A DNA stretch of 64,000 nt from a virus: IMG/VR virus record IMGVR_UViG_3300020404_000006. One strand, 5' to 3'. A model generated the notes under the pieces. That model saw nothing but the letters and a program-made list of their open reading frames with translations, was not told the origin of the DNA and made no database searches. Positions 18,808-28,808 of the stretch are shown piece by piece. Both the position numbers and the translations under genes were made by a program. How positions within the stretch are numbered: position 1 is the stretch's first letter; every line of letters begins with the position of its first letter.

Positions 18808-21072
18808 CTATGCGATGTAACTCATGAACTGACCTAGAACTTTCTTGTTCATTTTCTTTGCAGAAAGTGACTTCTTGAAAGCAGACTTGATCTGTGCTTT
18901 AGTTGCATCTTCTTTCACTTCAAAACTAGAATCAGAGTTAAGTGCGGATGAGGACAATCCGAAGTAAGCATGGTATCCACCACCATCAGTAATCATGAGA
19001 GATTTTGTTTTTCTCCACTGGTTCATGATGGATTGGTGTCTTTCATAATCGAAATCAACGTAACGACGAACGAAACTGTTGCAGTCACGAGTATCAATAA
19101 CTCTGATACCAAGGAAATTGACTTCTGGAAAACGACCCTTGAGTTGATTGAGTAGTGCAGCAGTCAAATCGTAGTATGCGTCTGCACAATGATAGGTCTT
19201 ACCGTTTATGTCACGAATGAATACGTTACCATGTGCGGAACGTGTTCCCAAGTATGGTTCTTCACCTGATCTACCTTTGAACTCTTTATGAAACTTGAGA
19301 GGATGTGCTTCACCATCAGTAAGAGTGATGCACTGAATCTTCTGAACACCTGTTTTCTTTTTGAACTCAGGAATCAGTTGATTCAAGGAGACAAGTGCTT
19401 CGTTCAAAGGAGTTCCAGATAGACCCAAACGATTTGGGCACTGGTAGATAAAATTGCAGTTCCAACGACCACGATTGTCAAGAGAGTTTGTGAGTCTCCA
19501 GATGTTCATCATCTGTTTCTCTAGATCTCCTTTCTTACAATCACTTGTTAGAAACTCAACCATTGCGAATTGTGCTTCGACATAAAGTTGACCATCTTTC
19601 TTTTCGTGATGATCTGGTGGATACTGCCAATTTTCGTAGTTACCAAACCTATCATAATTTCTCTCTCCACGATTCCACTCATTAGTGAAAGCAAATACTT
19701 GGAAAGGAATTTGAACTTTCTTACAGAACCAAATCAAATTGAACAACTGTTTGATTGTATCCAAGAGAACATTACTCATAGATCCAGACCAATCAAGGAC
19801 AAAGATGAGTCCATGATTTTTACCATCAGGTAGAGTAGTGATCTTTTTGAATAGATCTTCGTTGTACTTGTATGAGTGAAGCTTTGTGCAATCAAGAACA
19901 CCTGTCTTTGATACTGTAGCACGAGAGTATGCGTCAGCAGACTTGCGGCACTCAAACTCTTTTACAAGATAGTTGACTTCTTTCTGTGCAGAACGACGGA
20001 AGAGTCTGTACTCATTGTCAACACTTCCATAAAGATCCATAGGAAGACGATAGTTGTCTGCTTGTTGAATCTCCTGATCATAATGTTGTTGTTGCTTGAT
20101 CCATTCCTCATTGAGGTATTGATGAACCTCTGCATTTTTGGCAGTAATAGTTCCAAGATTTAGTGTTGGAATGGTGCAGTATTCTGTATCGTAAATACTT
20201 GAAGTTTGTTTCTCATTATTCAAGTTTACCAAGTTATCTGAGAGAGTCTTGTCAGTGATAGTATCAAAATCACAATGCTCTCCTCCGATAGGATTGTAAT
20301 CTGGTTCGTTCTCATACTCAGTAGTATCTTCTCCCAAGTCAGGACGGCCATCTTCAACATCACCATCAGATCCATCGAAAGGAATGGGATCACCTTCTCC
20401 TTCTCCTTCTTGATCACTCTTTTCTGAATCAATAAGATCTTCTAGAGTTAGATCTCCACCGCCTTGACCCATATCAAGACTATCCAATGAAACATTTACT
20501 TTGACTGGTTCATCAAATGTAGACTTCATGTACTCATAAAGTTCTTGAGCAAGTTTCAGAACCTCATCAAAAGTATTAGTCTCAAGTGCAGCTTCACGGA
20601 AATATACTTCATCTTCATCCATAGGAACGTCAACAAACTTTCCAATCTTGTGATGGATATTGAGACGGTCAGGAAGATTCATATCTTCTACGTCATTCTG
20701 ATCCAACTCAAAGAAATCTTGATCCGCTAGTTCTTTGTATCCCATGTAAAATGTCTTGACGATACCAGCGTACTTACGCTTCATCAACTTCTCAATACGA
20801 ACATCCTCAAGGATGTTGACGAATGACATAGGAAGATCAGGATACTTGATCTTGAAATTCTCGTTAGGTGTGTAGAGTGCGTGTCCAACCTCATGACCCA
20901 CCAGAAGGTCGTATACGGTCGCAGAGGCCTTCTCCCACATTGGAAGGGTCAATACTCTACGATCTACATCAAAGGATGCTGTAGGGACTTTCTTGTTCTC
21001 GATGATCAAATCTTCGGTCGCAAGTAGTTTAGCGAGTTGACCTTTGACTTCGTAATTAACCTTTGTAAGCAT
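18808..21072 (-). CDS. CobT-like protein: N-terminal HExxH zincin peptidase domain + C-terminal vWA domain
   Basis: LLVGHEVGHALYT, NILEDVRIE; MIDAS FVLDWSGSM, LSGTPLNEAL, ITLTDGEAH. Confidence 0.85.
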   Translation of the reverse strand: MLTKVNYEVKGQLAKLLATEDLIIENKKVPTASFDVDRRVLTLPMWEKASATVYDLLVGHEVGHALYTPNENFKIKYPDLPMSFVNILEDVRIEKLMKRKYAGIVKTFYMGYKELADQDFFELDQNDVEDMNLPDRLNIHHKIGKFVDVPMDEDEVYFREAALETNTFDEVLKLAQELYEYMKSTFDEPVKVNVSLDSLDMGQGGGDLTLEDLIDSEKSDQEGEGEGDPIPFDGSDGDVEDGRPDLGEDTTEYENEPDYNPIGGEHCDFDTITDKTLSDNLVNLNNEKQTSSIYDTEYCTIPTLNLGTITAKNAEVHQYLNEEWIKQQQHYDQEIQQADNYRLPMDLYGSVDNEYRLFRRSAQKEVNYLVKEFECRKSADAYSRATVSKTGVLDCTKLHSYKYNEDLFKKITTLPDGKNHGLIFVLDWSGSMSNVLLDTIKQLFNLIWFCKKVQIPFQVFAFTNEWNRGERNYDRFGNYENWQYPPDHHEKKDGQLYVEAQFAMVEFLTSDCKKGDLEKQMMNIWRLTNSLDNRGRWNCNFIYQCPNRLGLSGTPLNEALVSLNQLIPEFKKKTGVQKIQCITLTDGEAHPLKFHKEFKGRSGEEPYLGTRSAHGNVFIRDINGKTYHCADAYYDLTAALLNQLKGRFPEVNFLGIRVIDTRDCNSFVRRYVDFDYERHQSIMNQWRKTKSLMITDGGGYHAYFGLSSSALNSDSSFEVKEDATKAQIKSAFKKSLSAKKMNKKVLGQFMSYIA

Positions 21073-21077
21073 TTGTT

Positions 21078-21148
21078 TTCTTGTCTATGTACACATGATA
21101 ATCGACCCTGTGCCAATTTCAACCAACCATGTGCCAGTTTGTCAACTG
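21078..21148 (-). promoter_or_regulatory. Early-type promoter module copy B (19-nt box + TTGAAA-16-TATCAT + 14-nt leader box)
   Basis: Identical 19-mer at 21130-21148, -35 at 21117-21122, -10 at 21095-21100, identical 14-mer at 21078-21091. Confidence 0.75.
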
Positions 21149-21149
21149 T

Positions 21150-21392
21150 CTACCCTGACCATCTCAACGCAGTATCTAAAGCTTTCTTTGCAGTATTTTG
21201 TAATTTTATAACTTTACTCTCATATGTAATCGTAAATCCCAGCAGATCTCCTTCGGGATCATTTGGCATACCTACAGGTTGCACAAAAAATATTCCAGCA
21301 TGTGCCACCGTTCTCCATTCCATGTCAATAAAACCTAAGTCCCTCAAGGCACATTCTAGTTTCAGTGAATGGCATCCATCTAATAGTATCAT
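21150..21392 (-). CDS. Hypothetical protein
   Basis: Co-oriented 80-aa ORF after gp46. Confidence 0.65.
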   Translation of the reverse strand: MILLDGCHSLKLECALRDLGFIDMEWRTVAHAGIFFVQPVGMPNDPEGDLLGFTITYESKVIKLQNTAKKALDTALRWSG

Positions 21393-21413
21393 ACGGTTAC
21401 AAGACCTATGCTA

Positions 21414-23138
21414 CTATGTAGAATACCTCACTTTTGAGAATCCATTCATCTTTTCAAAGGTAATCATATTGTCCAATCTATCTGTCAACTCATCAACCTT
21501 ATGAGAGATCATAAAGATGTAAGCATCCTTGATGACATATCTGATAATCTTCACAAATTCATCTGTACCATTACTGTCCAGAGAACTGTCAAATATTTCG
21601 TCAAGAATGAGTATGTTTGTGGACGATGAGTTCTTCATCTTTGCAATATCACGCCATGTAAACAAGATAGCAAGGTCAATTCGCATCTTCTCTCCCTCAG
21701 AGAAAGATTCGTAACTGAATTTCTCATGAATAGGCGACTTAATACACTCATTGAACTGTTCATCCAATGTAAAATTGATATAGAAGTCCATCATCTGAAG
21801 ATACTTATTGATCTTCTGATTCATGATAGGCAAATACCTCTTCATAATCTTTGCCTTGACACCAGAGTCTTTCATCATGGCGTTTGCAAAGTCTAAGTAT
21901 TCAATTTCTTCGGTATGATCTGCTTTATTTGTTTCTACTAGTGTTAAATCATTTTTGAGGCCTCTAAGCGTGGCTCTTTCAGTATTTCTATTTGCAATTT
22001 GTTCGGTAATGTCTTGAACTTCTTGTTCATAAGTGCGGATTTGTCGTTGGTACTCAGAAATTTTAAAATTGTTGGTAGAAATGTCATGCGTTAGTGTTGA
22101 GATCTGCTTAGAAACATCTATAAACCTGGCCTCTTTCTTTTGTTCTTCGTTTATAGACTTTTGAAGTTCTTTGTAAGCGGAGTTAATCTCCTTTACCTTC
22201 CCTTCGATATCTCCAATCTTATTTAAGCGAAAGTCTTCCTCTATTTTCTGCTCACAGGTAGGGCATGATACGTTTTCCTTGAAGAACTGGTGTTCTTTAG
22301 TAATAATCTTTATCTTTTGTTCAAGTTTACCCTTGACATTATTGTATTTCTTAAGAGAAGATGAAGCAGATGTCAGAGTATCTAATTCTGGTTCATACTT
22401 TTCTTTAATGTTCTTAGATGTCTGGTCATTTTCATACATCAAGGATGAAGTATCCTTTAAAAGTGTGTCAATTTTACCTTGAATGTCTTTTATTTTCTTC
22501 TTGCCTGTCTTATCGAGGTCAGAAATGAAACTTTTTTGCATTTCAATCTTTTCCTCAATCAATTCTTTCTTGATTGTGAGTTCTCGGATCTCCGTATTCG
22601 CTTTACTCATCTTCTCACGGAGAATTTTTGACATTCCAGAGAAAATTTTGATGTCCAGAACGTCCTCTACGATCTCTCTACGGTGAGTTTGACTCAACTG
22701 CATGAAAGGAACGAACGTTGCAGCACCTAAAATGGTAGTTTGAGTAAAAGATTTGTAGTTTAGTCTTAAAATATTATCTTCTAAGTGTTGTTGCTGATCA
22801 TTTGAACTAGCAAATTGATCTTGTTTCTTACCATCAATATAAATTTCAAACAAAGTCGGCTTCATACCTCTAACAATGGTATAAATTTTACCTTGAATCT
22901 CAAATTCTATATTAACTTCGCACTCTTTATCATTCACAGTGTTGACTAACTGTGATTTTTTAATCTTTCTGAATGGTTTGTTGTACAAAACAAAAGTCAG
23001 AGCGTCCAATATCGTGGACTTCCCTGCACCATTAGCACCAACTATCAAATTTGTAGGAGACTTTTGGAAACTAACAATTATAAACTGGTTACCAGTAGAT
23101 AAAAAGTTACGCCACCGTATCGTCTTGAATGTTATCAT
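21414..23138 (-). CDS. 46: Recombination nuclease ATPase subunit gp46 (Rad50/SbcC-like)
   Basis: GANGAGKST, CPTC zinc hook, FSEGEKMRIDL, LILDEIFD. Confidence 0.97.
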   Translation of the reverse strand: MITFKTIRWRNFLSTGNQFIIVSFQKSPTNLIVGANGAGKSTILDALTFVLYNKPFRKIKKSQLVNTVNDKECEVNIEFEIQGKIYTIVRGMKPTLFEIYIDGKKQDQFASSNDQQQHLEDNILRLNYKSFTQTTILGAATFVPFMQLSQTHRREIVEDVLDIKIFSGMSKILREKMSKANTEIRELTIKKELIEEKIEMQKSFISDLDKTGKKKIKDIQGKIDTLLKDTSSLMYENDQTSKNIKEKYEPELDTLTSASSSLKKYNNVKGKLEQKIKIITKEHQFFKENVSCPTCEQKIEEDFRLNKIGDIEGKVKEINSAYKELQKSINEEQKKEARFIDVSKQISTLTHDISTNNFKISEYQRQIRTYEQEVQDITEQIANRNTERATLRGLKNDLTLVETNKADHTEEIEYLDFANAMMKDSGVKAKIMKRYLPIMNQKINKYLQMMDFYINFTLDEQFNECIKSPIHEKFSYESFSEGEKMRIDLAILFTWRDIAKMKNSSSTNILILDEIFDSSLDSNGTDEFVKIIRYVIKDAYIFMISHKVDELTDRLDNMITFEKMNGFSKVRYST

Positions 23139-23409
23139 AATCTTTTGGCGGAATCACAATGTCATCGGGTGTGATAATAACGTATTTGTATTTGTGTTTT
23201 TTACAGGTTTCGACAGCTAGCATATCATCTATTTCTACAACTGTCAACACAGTGGATTCATCCGCTTCTAGAAGCCCTGCATATCTAGTAGCATCATCTT
23301 CTTGCTGAAAAAGATAGAGAGCCTTCTGACCGTCATCATTAGTAACGGCATATGCCCCTTCTCCTTCGTGACCAGCAAGTGATAAGATGTACATTAATCT
23401 GCTTCGCAA
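23107..23409 (-). CDS. Conserved hypothetical protein between gp47 and gp46
   Basis: EGAYAV...LYLFQQEDDATRYA...VIITPDDIVIPP. Confidence 0.7.
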   Translation of the reverse strand: MRSRLMYILSLAGHEGEGAYAVTNDDGQKALYLFQQEDDATRYAGLLEADESTVLTVVEIDDMLAVETCKKHKYKYVIITPDDIVIPPKDYDNIQDDTVA

Positions 23410-24437
23410 GCTTCTAAGTAGACTTCCTTGAGAAGTTTTTTGACTCTCTCTTTTTCCAATTCAAAGTCAGAGTCCTCGATGTACTTATTTAGAAGTGTGA
23501 GGGTATCCTCAATCTTTTCTCCATCAAGATCTACTTCCTTGTCATTGATCTCGGTATTTTCCACTACCTTCAAATCTATTATACCAGCTTTCAGAAGTTT
23601 TTCAAGGAACTTGTCATATTCTAACTGACTCTTTCTGGATCTAACAAATAATTTTACAATCTTATCTTTGTATAGATGTGCTTTGAATGTTGCAGCAGGG
23701 GTAGAATCGAAGTAGATCTTCTCATATATTGTATATGGATTCTGTACAAACTCAATCTCTCCTGTTTCAGTATCTAAGATATTGAATCCTCTCTTGTCTC
23801 CACAATCATTCCAATACATTTCATAAGGATTGCCTAAGTAAAATACCTGACCATCGTTACTTCTAGTATGATAGTGTCCTGAGAATACAGTATCAAACTT
23901 TGCAATAATCTCTTTGTCAATACCACCTTGCTGAGTCATGCCTGGATAGAGTTCAAACCCATGCAACTCTAAATGTCCAAAAGCAATCTTAGCATCAGTC
24001 TTTTCAATCTCTGCACAAGTCTCTTTATAATTATCTTCACATATCCACGGTAACATCATTGCCTTAAATCCATTGATGTCATATGTGCCTGGCGTAGAGA
24101 TAGGAATTAAGTTATCGTAGTGTTCCAGTAAGGAATCAATCGAGTTAATCTCATTCGTATTCTTGTAGTAGATGTCATGGTTTCCTACAAGTTGCCAAAC
24201 TTTCACGCCCAGATTTTTGAACTTATCATACACATTCTCCCTCGCCCAATTAAGAGACCAGTAATCAATATTCTTACGATTGTCAAAAGCATCTCCCATG
24301 TGGATGCAATACTCGATTCCCCTTTTCTCTAACTCAGGGAAAAAGATATCATCATAGAATTTTTTAAAGAAATCGTGAAATGTTTTGCTACCTCGTCTAC
24401 CACCAAAGTGAGTGTCCGTAATGATTGCTATCTTCAT
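23394..24437 (-). CDS. 47: Recombination nuclease subunit gp47 (Mre11/SbcD-like)
   Basis: IITDTHFG, HMGDAFD, VGNHD, GHLE, SGHYH phosphoesterase motifs. Confidence 0.97.
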   Translation of the reverse strand: MKIAIITDTHFGGRRGSKTFHDFFKKFYDDIFFPELEKRGIEYCIHMGDAFDNRKNIDYWSLNWARENVYDKFKNLGVKVWQLVGNHDIYYKNTNEINSIDSLLEHYDNLIPISTPGTYDINGFKAMMLPWICEDNYKETCAEIEKTDAKIAFGHLELHGFELYPGMTQQGGIDKEIIAKFDTVFSGHYHTRSNDGQVFYLGNPYEMYWNDCGDKRGFNILDTETGEIEFVQNPYTIYEKIYFDSTPAATFKAHLYKDKIVKLFVRSRKSQLEYDKFLEKLLKAGIIDLKVVENTEINDKEVDLDGEKIEDTLTLLNKYIEDSDFELEKERVKKLLKEVYLEACEAD

Positions 24438-24628
24438 TTACCTTTTACATTCTGGATTGATGTGCTACTCCTAGTGACGTTCTTGATCACAATAAATTTA
24501 TCACCAGCAAATGTCCCTGCCAGATTAACTTCGATCTCATCACCGTCTTGCCAATTCAAATCACCATTCTTTTTCGTATGGTTCATTGCTTCTTGGATCT
24601 GATCGATCACTTCATTCGTTAATTTCAT
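24434..24628 (-). CDS. Hypothetical protein
   Basis: MKLTNEVIDQIQEAM...WQDGDEIEV; probable start 24628. Confidence 0.65.
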   Translation of the reverse strand: MKLTNEVIDQIQEAMNHTKKNGDLNWQDGDEIEVNLAGTFAGDKFIVIKNVTRSSTSIQNVKGK

Positions 24629-24782
24629 ACTCAATTTCAATAACTTTGGATGACCTACCAGTAGAGTTTGCTCTGGTTAGTCTTGTCATAGTGCCACCTA
24701 ATGACCTAGCAATGTAATCTAATTCTTCTAAACATTTCTTTTCCAGATCCTCATAGGGATCATAATACCTATCAACCCTCAT
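24612..24782 (-). CDS. Hypothetical protein, 56 aa (not in ORF track)
   Basis: MRVDRYYDPYEDLEKKCLEELDYIARSLGGTMTRLTRANSTGRSSKVIEIEYEINE; ATGA overlap with the gp55 stop. Confidence 0.6.
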   Translation of the reverse strand: MRVDRYYDPYEDLEKKCLEELDYIARSLGGTMTRLTRANSTGRSSKVIEIEYEINE

Positions 24783-25261
24783 TGATTCATCTTCGTTTGT
24801 ACTGCCTCTTTTATAGAGTTGTAGTCACTAGAATTACCGTAAGTATCATCAACGTGCATAACCTCATCAAACCCCGACTTCTCAATGATCTTTTCACGGA
24901 TCTCCATTTGCTTCTTCTCTTTCTGGATCCGACGTAGAAAAGCGTAATGTATAATTTGAGTAAAGTATGCAAAAGGGTTTGTGGACTTCTCTGGATTGAA
25001 GTTATGAATGTATTGGACGCAGTTTTCAATGCCATCAGATATCATGTCCTCTCTGAACATATAGTTCACAAAGTTTGGTTTGTATGATAGGTGGGTTGCA
25101 ATTTTTACGAAACATTCTCCAAGATAGTTTGTGATTCTAGGTTTTGGATCACCCGCTTCCTCCGCCGCTTTTACGTCTGCTTTGTATTGAACGATCGCAT
25201 ACAGGAATTCTTTGTTGTTTACATAGTGTTCGGATCGTTTTCTAGTACCTTTTGCGGGCAT
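24779..25261 (-). CDS. 55: Late-transcription sigma factor gp55
   Basis: HYVNNKEF, YMFREDMISDGIENC, NPFAYFTQI...AFLRRI. Confidence 0.96.
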   Translation of the reverse strand: MPAKGTRKRSEHYVNNKEFLYAIVQYKADVKAAEEAGDPKPRITNYLGECFVKIATHLSYKPNFVNYMFREDMISDGIENCVQYIHNFNPEKSTNPFAYFTQIIHYAFLRRIQKEKKQMEIREKIIEKSGFDEVMHVDDTYGNSSDYNSIKEAVQTKMNQ

Positions 25262-25286
25262 CTATATTACCTCTTGTGTTAGTTTT

Positions 25287-25337
25287 ATTATACCTCAAAA
25301 CGAGATACTTGACAAGTCATATAAAAAGATGTACAAT
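25287..25337. promoter_or_regulatory. Back-to-back sigma70 promoters sharing a near-palindromic -35 element
   Basis: Minus: TTGTCA(25310-25315)-17-TATAAT(25287-25292) towards gp55. Plus: TTGACA(25309-25314)-17-TACAAT(25332-25337). Confidence 0.7.
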
Positions 25338-25362
25338 AACTCTGTCAGAGTTCAAGGGAATG

Positions 25363-25770
25363 CTATGAAGCTTCGCCTTTCTTATAAAGCTTCTCAAGAC
25401 TTTCTCTGGCCTTCTCGACTGAAATTACATATCCCATCTTCTTTGTTACCTTTATCTTCTCTCCAGATCCCCCATTGAGATTAGAGAAAATAAATTTTTG
25501 ATAATATTTTACTACTTCTGAGTCCTCGCGTGCCTCAACAACAGTGATGACTCTATCCATAGGAATGATAATGATATTGTCCGTAGGCATACTTCTTAAC
25601 CACGGCATCATTCTTAGACCTTCATGAGAACCATTCATACTCACCGTCTCGATTTCTACAGGATCACTGATAATCAAAACCGTGCGACCATTTTCATCTG
25701 ACGGCATGACTTCACCGAAGATTTCCTCTCCTGATACTAATTTGATTGAAGCGTAGAAATCTTCTTCCAT
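25363..25770 (-). CDS. Conserved hypothetical protein (Sm-like fold candidate)
   Basis: FYASIKLVSGEEIFGEV...MPWL...MDRVITVVE. Confidence 0.8.
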   Translation of the reverse strand: MEEDFYASIKLVSGEEIFGEVMPSDENGRTVLIISDPVEIETVSMNGSHEGLRMMPWLRSMPTDNIIIIPMDRVITVVEAREDSEVVKYYQKFIFSNLNGGSGEKIKVTKKMGYVISVEKARESLEKLYKKGEAS

Positions 25771-27357
25771 TTAGTCTTTCCCTATAATAGTGTTGTTTAT
25801 AACCAAGTAGTCTATATTCATATTTAGAAAGGATTGAATAGCGTCCTCTGGAGTCTCTACTATGGGTTTACCATTATCATTGAATGAAGTATTCAACAAT
25901 ACAGGGACTCCACTGATTTTATAATACTCTTCTAGTAACTCAGATAAGATGCCTTCACTGACTGTCTGAATCCTACATGTATTGTCAACATGTGTTATTG
26001 CTGGAATCTTATCTCTCTTGTCTTTCTTTACCGTTTGAGAATACAACATGTATGGACTATCAATATCTTCCTCAAAATAATCCTTGAGATAGTCCTTAAG
26101 TATGACACCAGCAAAGGGTCTCCACTCTTCTCTATGTTTTACCTTCTCGTTTAATATATCCTTATTCTCTTTATATTTAGGTGACATCAAAATGGATCTA
26201 TTCCCAAGTGCCCTAGGACCGAACTCAGATCTACCTTGATACCATGCAATAATTTTTCCGTCCTCTAAGTATTGTGCAACTTTTTTAATATCCAAACTAT
26301 CTTTATATTCTGATATATCAATTTGCTTTGGTGTAGAGTATGATTTACCTAAGAAGGCAAGATTTTTAGGAATCTGAACTTCATTCCACATTGATGCACC
26401 AAACGCCGCTGCTCCAAATGCCAAACCACAATCACTTACAAAAGGAGTGATGTGAAACTTTCTGTTCTTGAGAGTCTTTACTATTTTTGTGTTAGCATTG
26501 ATGTTAAGAAACACTCCGCCAGTTAAACAAATTGTCCCATCTAAGTAATCTTCATTTAATCTTAACATTAATTCAGTAAGAGATTCCTCAAAATTGTATT
26601 GCAATAACTGAGCTTTGTCCGAAGAAGAAATTGGATAAGGTCTTGGATCCCTCATATCAAATAATACTTCTGGGAAGTGTGATCCAAAGTTATATAACTT
26701 TTGTATATGTTTACCAGATCCATATGCGGCAAGACCCATGATCTTTCCAGCAAAAGAACAATGATGTTTTGGGTCCATAAAATCTATTTCCTGTCCGATC
26801 TTCTTACAGAAAATATGATGTGACCAGTATTGATATAGTAATCCCCACTCACCATTGAAAGGGAAATACTTAAATTTATTTCTTCTCTTATCGAAGAGAA
26901 CCATTGAGCATTTTTCTAATCCAAGAGAATTTCCATCAGTCCAGTTGTGAGAACCACCACCATCAATTACAATACACACTCCATCATTGGATGGTTGAGT
27001 GAATATAGATGAATAAGCATGTGCTTGATGATGAGAAATATATCCTATCTCCGCATTAGGGAAAATTTTCTGTAGATACTCTTGAGGTTCATTTTTTTCT
27101 AGACTCCTTACCCAATCCTGTAAACCAATATCTACAAACATGACTAGGTTGATGTCTTCTTTATTAAGACCTTCTATCACATAGTCTATGGATTTTTCTG
27201 GATATCTTCCATCATACTTTAAACCGCTAAGTCTTTCTTCCTGTATGCTACAGATATGTTCACCGTCTACAAATAAGGTTGCACCAGCATCATGTATATA
27301 ACTTTCTCTATCAGATCCATCAAAGAGGATAGATCCATATATTCCTAAGACTTTCAT
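25771..27357 (-). CDS. NodU/CmcH-family carbamoyltransferase (copy 1)
   Basis: IQEERLS, HHQAHA, IDGGG, GKIMGLAAYG, SEFGPRALGNRSIL, REEWRPFA, LLNTSFN. Confidence 0.92.
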   Translation of the reverse strand: MKVLGIYGSILFDGSDRESYIHDAGATLFVDGEHICSIQEERLSGLKYDGRYPEKSIDYVIEGLNKEDINLVMFVDIGLQDWVRSLEKNEPQEYLQKIFPNAEIGYISHHQAHAYSSIFTQPSNDGVCIVIDGGGSHNWTDGNSLGLEKCSMVLFDKRRNKFKYFPFNGEWGLLYQYWSHHIFCKKIGQEIDFMDPKHHCSFAGKIMGLAAYGSGKHIQKLYNFGSHFPEVLFDMRDPRPYPISSSDKAQLLQYNFEESLTELMLRLNEDYLDGTICLTGGVFLNINANTKIVKTLKNRKFHITPFVSDCGLAFGAAAFGASMWNEVQIPKNLAFLGKSYSTPKQIDISEYKDSLDIKKVAQYLEDGKIIAWYQGRSEFGPRALGNRSILMSPKYKENKDILNEKVKHREEWRPFAGVILKDYLKDYFEEDIDSPYMLYSQTVKKDKRDKIPAITHVDNTCRIQTVSEGILSELLEEYYKISGVPVLLNTSFNDNGKPIVETPEDAIQSFLNMNIDYLVINNTIIGKD

Positions 27358-28808
27358 TTTAAGTAAACAGTTCTAATTTCATAATTAAAGTTCTCCTCAT
27401 TGTATATTTTAACACGCTCTACCAAATGATTCAATGTGTAGTTCTTTTTACCCTTGACAGAGATGTCGTCTGCGATATCATATAACATTGCTTTGTTCTT
27501 ACCCTTTCCCTTTCTAAGGACCCTACCAATACTTTGTAGATTTCTAATTCTAGATTTGCTAGGTGATGCAAAAATGACGTTATGTAAGTTTTTAATGTTA
27601 ATTCCTGTAGAAAAAGTTCCATAAGACGCAACAATGATCGCATCTGCTTCTCTATCGACGATAGATCTAACCTCTTCCCTCTCTTCACTATCAACTCCAC
27701 CATGAACATAAAAGACTTTTCTATCGTTATCACTGTTGATTAAATTATATAGTGGTTCACCATGAGCCTCTACTCTACTGAATAGGACTAGGGTGTTACC
27801 CTTCAAACTTAAAGCAAGATTTCTGATGAATAAGTTTCTCTTCTCATGTTCTATGATATAATTCATCTCTTCCCTGTAATCATCAAAGGGAATTGCTGGA
27901 TGTTTTAACAATACAATTCTGATATCCAACTTAGCAAGTTGACCTTTCTTCTGTAGATCTGATGTTTGAGTTACCTTGTAAGAAGGACCAAACAATCCCT
28001 CCAACACCCACTTGTGTGTTTGCGATCCACTCAGAGTTCCAGTAAATCCGTATCTATACTTAGTATCTCTCATCTTAGACATGATACCAATTAGAGATTT
28101 GGACTTGAATTGGTGTGCTTCGTCTCCTATAATCACATCAAACTTAGCAAAGAAGGTCTTATCCATAGTATAGATAGACTGCCATGTTGATATAGTTACA
28201 CGTTGTTGTGTACTTTTTTTCCTACCTGCATAGACCTTATGACAATATTTCTCGACATCCCATCCATAATCTATAAAGTCCTTATACATCTGTTCTACAA
28301 GAGAGGTAGTAGGGACGACTAATAATATTCTTCTCTTTCTTCCTACATGATATCTCGCAACGGCATATATCATCAGGGATTTGCCTGACCCAGTTGGAGA
28401 TATAATTAATCTTCTATTATATTTGAGTGCATCATACACACCCTCTATTTGATAATCTCTAGGTTTGAAACTAGAAATTGCAGTCATATAATCTTTCACA
28501 CCTTCTAATGATATCTCCTCATTCTCTTCAAAAGGAGTACCATATGTTTCGTTATTTTTAAACTCTACACTATAATTTGCTTTTCTTGCCCAAGCAATAA
28601 CTTTGTCTAACAGTCCTACATACAACTCACCTGTTGCAGTAGAGAACAGTCTGATCTTACCATCCCAATGCCTGTTCCTATACTGAGGCATATACTTGGC
28701 GCCTGGAACATCAAAGGTAAAGTAATCTGACAGTTCTTGTTGCACATGAGGTTGTGCATCTACAGTAAGATGGACTTCATTCTTCTTGACAATAATAAGA
28801 TCACTCAT
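27354..28808 (-). CDS. uvsW: SF2 helicase UvsW
   Basis: SPTGSGKS, IGDEAH, FTGT, LQSIGRVLR; probable start MSDLII at 28808. Confidence 0.96.
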   Translation of the reverse strand: MSDLIIVKKNEVHLTVDAQPHVQQELSDYFTFDVPGAKYMPQYRNRHWDGKIRLFSTATGELYVGLLDKVIAWARKANYSVEFKNNETYGTPFEENEEISLEGVKDYMTAISSFKPRDYQIEGVYDALKYNRRLIISPTGSGKSLMIYAVARYHVGRKRRILLVVPTTSLVEQMYKDFIDYGWDVEKYCHKVYAGRKKSTQQRVTISTWQSIYTMDKTFFAKFDVIIGDEAHQFKSKSLIGIMSKMRDTKYRYGFTGTLSGSQTHKWVLEGLFGPSYKVTQTSDLQKKGQLAKLDIRIVLLKHPAIPFDDYREEMNYIIEHEKRNLFIRNLALSLKGNTLVLFSRVEAHGEPLYNLINSDNDRKVFYVHGGVDSEEREEVRSIVDREADAIIVASYGTFSTGINIKNLHNVIFASPSKSRIRNLQSIGRVLRKGKGKNKAMLYDIADDISVKGKKNYTLNHLVERVKIYNEENFNYEIRTVYLK

